Below, one piece after another: positions 62,608-64,000 of a stretch of 64,000 bases of DNA; the first letter of the stretch is position 1; each line of letters starts with the position of its first letter. Origin of the DNA: an uncultured candidate division Zixibacteria bacterium (GTDB lineage: Bacteria; Zixibacteria; MSB-5A5; GN15; PGXB01). The position numbers were made by a program, and so were the translations under genes. The stretch is from NCBI GenBank assembly GCA_963702205.1, contig OY969724.1, positions 2,112,001 through 2,176,000 on the forward strand, in the 5' to 3' direction. The notes below the pieces were generated by a model. The model worked only from the letters and a program-made list of their open reading frames with translations. It made no database searches and was not told where the DNA came from.

Positions 62608-62634
62608 TTATCGGCACTTGAGGGCATTCTCTTA
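62608..62634 (-). promoter_or_regulatory. Sigma28-like promoter
   Basis: Minus strand reads TAAG-N15-GCCGATAA, about 45 nt upstream of the histidine kinase start. Confidence 0.55.
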
Positions 62635-62841
62635 AGGTATAGAAGGAAGATGAAAATCGGCGACGGCGAAGGCAGGCCTTGTTTTTGCAGTATCTTTGTG
62701 GTTTTTTGATTTAGTCTTTGTTAAAATTGGACAAAATCGGTCGGAACACGACACGCGTAATGATGTGTCAGAAAATGACTTAGTGCAAATGGCCAAAAAT
62801 TGACAAACGGAACGCTTGAAACTCAATTTTCCTGTTTTATT

Positions 62842-63999
62842 TTAGAACAATCGCCCAATTCGGATATAAAGCCGTGGAGCGGCTCCGGATTTATCGAGAC
62901 GCTGAGCGATATTCAGCCGGATATCACTGTTTAGAGACAAACCGACGCCGAGGCAGTGCTTGACCTCGAAATCACCGAGGTCGCGGATGCCGTCGCCTAT
63001 CTGGGCCACGTTGTAAAACAGCCAGCCATCGAAATCACTGTGCGGCAGAGTCAAATGATATTCGATATCGGCCATCCAGAACTGATCACCATAATATTCC
63101 TTTTGGCGATAACCGTACAGGGTTCCCAATCCTCCTATGAAAAACTTCTTGTTCATGGGCAGCATGCCGTCGGCACTTCCGGCCGCGAGACGAACCAGGA
63201 GCCCTGAATATTCATTAAGTTTTTGATAGCGCACCCCGGTTCCGAAATAGCGGGTGTAGTTGAAATCGCCGCTCCAGCTGTCGGGTGACCATTCGATCAC
63301 GCCCTGACCGGTCCAGAAGGACTCAATCATGTCTTTGTCCAAATCCGGTGTTTCATAGGATACTTTTAATTCGAGGGCGGTCAAATCCTTGCCATCGAAC
63401 TGCTCCTTAGCCAGTTCGTGAGAAGACTCGCCGAATGAATAGAAATTATCGGGAAATCTTTTATTGCCGCCGAAAAGTGACCACAAATTGGGATGAGCGT
63501 CGAGCCAGCGCTGGTGCTCGCCTCGAATGCCGACTTCATAGCTGTTGCCGACGAACGGCGTCCAGCGCACGAAACCGTAACCGCCGCGCGCTTCGTAATA
63601 ATCTTTATAATCTTCGGTCGCGATAAGGGCGAAAGCGGTGTTTTCGGCCTCGGAGATTATCCAGTCATCGGGCGAAGCCAGCTTTTGATAAATATTGCCG
63701 CCTAACGTAATCGGTCGTGCCTTGTAGAAATATTGTTCGAAGCCGAGGAAATAGCGCCATCTCTCCGATGCGAAGGCATAACTGCCGTAAGCAGTAATGG
63801 TCGGGTACAGGGAATCTTCATCAACGTATTTGATGCCCAGGTACGGCGCCGCGCCGTCGACGCGGTTATAATAAAAATGTGCGATCAACGGGAAATTCTC
63901 TTCGTACTGCCACTGTTTTCTCCACCGCTTTTTCCAGCTTTTGCCTTCGAAGTCGGTTTCGGCGAACTCACCGTATACCGTGGCTTTGCCCGAACCGTT
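62842..63999 (-). CDS. Omp85 (BamA/TamA-like) outer-membrane barrel protein (5' truncated by window)
   Basis: YNRVDG, FIGGLGTLYGY (YRGY-like), C-terminal Phe; frame open to window end. Confidence 0.7.
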   Translation of the reverse strand, partial: NGSGKATVYGEFAETDFEGKSWKKRWRKQWQYEENFPLIAHFYYNRVDGAAPYLGIKYVDEDSLYPTITAYGSYAFASERWRYFLGFEQYFYKARPITLGGNIYQKLASPDDWIISEAENTAFALIATEDYKDYYEARGGYGFVRWTPFVGNSYEVGIRGEHQRWLDAHPNLWSLFGGNKRFPDNFYSFGESSHELAKEQFDGKDLTALELKVSYETPDLDKDMIESFWTGQGVIEWSPDSWSGDFNYTRYFGTGVRYQKLNEYSGLLVRLAAGSADGMLPMNKKFFIGGLGTLYGYRQKEYYGDQFWMADIEYHLTLPHSDFDGWLFYNVAQIGDGIRDLGDFEVKHCLGVGLSLNSDIRLNIAQRLDKSGAAPRLYIRIGRLF

Positions 64000-64000
64000 G

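Overview
Bacterial chromosomal window of moderate GC with about 50 genes. I saw no rRNA, tRNA, CRISPR array or intact mobile element. T9SS-type C-terminal domains, three PorV-like barrels, sigma54 signals and Tol-Pal suggest an FCB-group diderm, possibly Zixibacteria-like (inference, no search run). Order: partial TonB-dependent receptor, PorV-like protein and large lipoprotein; GT-C/TPR glycosyltransferase; sigma54-type operon for secreted S8 and M6 proteases; housekeeping operon (ecfT-truA-tal-purB-psd-pssA-purS-purQ), tatA; FHA/metallophosphoesterase/CHASE2-kinase operon; frameshifted dusB-larB-larC-etfA; multiheme cytochrome lipoprotein; beta-propeller plus two PorV-like genes plus a decarboxylating dehydrogenase; a REP-like repeat mosaic; a minus-strand run tolQRAB-pal-cpoB-hyp-dinB-dnaE2-ligA; orphan glmL cluster; transporters and peptidases; and a GAF-PAS histidine kinase plus Ser/Thr kinase-TPR operon. 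The best lead is a 33-codon ORF missing from the ORF track (57513-57614, MSMYVLTIVKLEEKVAPVGFDQGGQLFGGWGGG). It has its own promoter-like site, a structured leader, a strong RBS and a strand-specific terminator, and it converges on the kinase-TPR gene, so it may be a peptide signal or RiPP-like precursor. Other leads are a possible D-(S/T) protein O-glycosylation system, a dinB-dnaE2 cassette, the dusB frameshift and non-canonical heme motifs.
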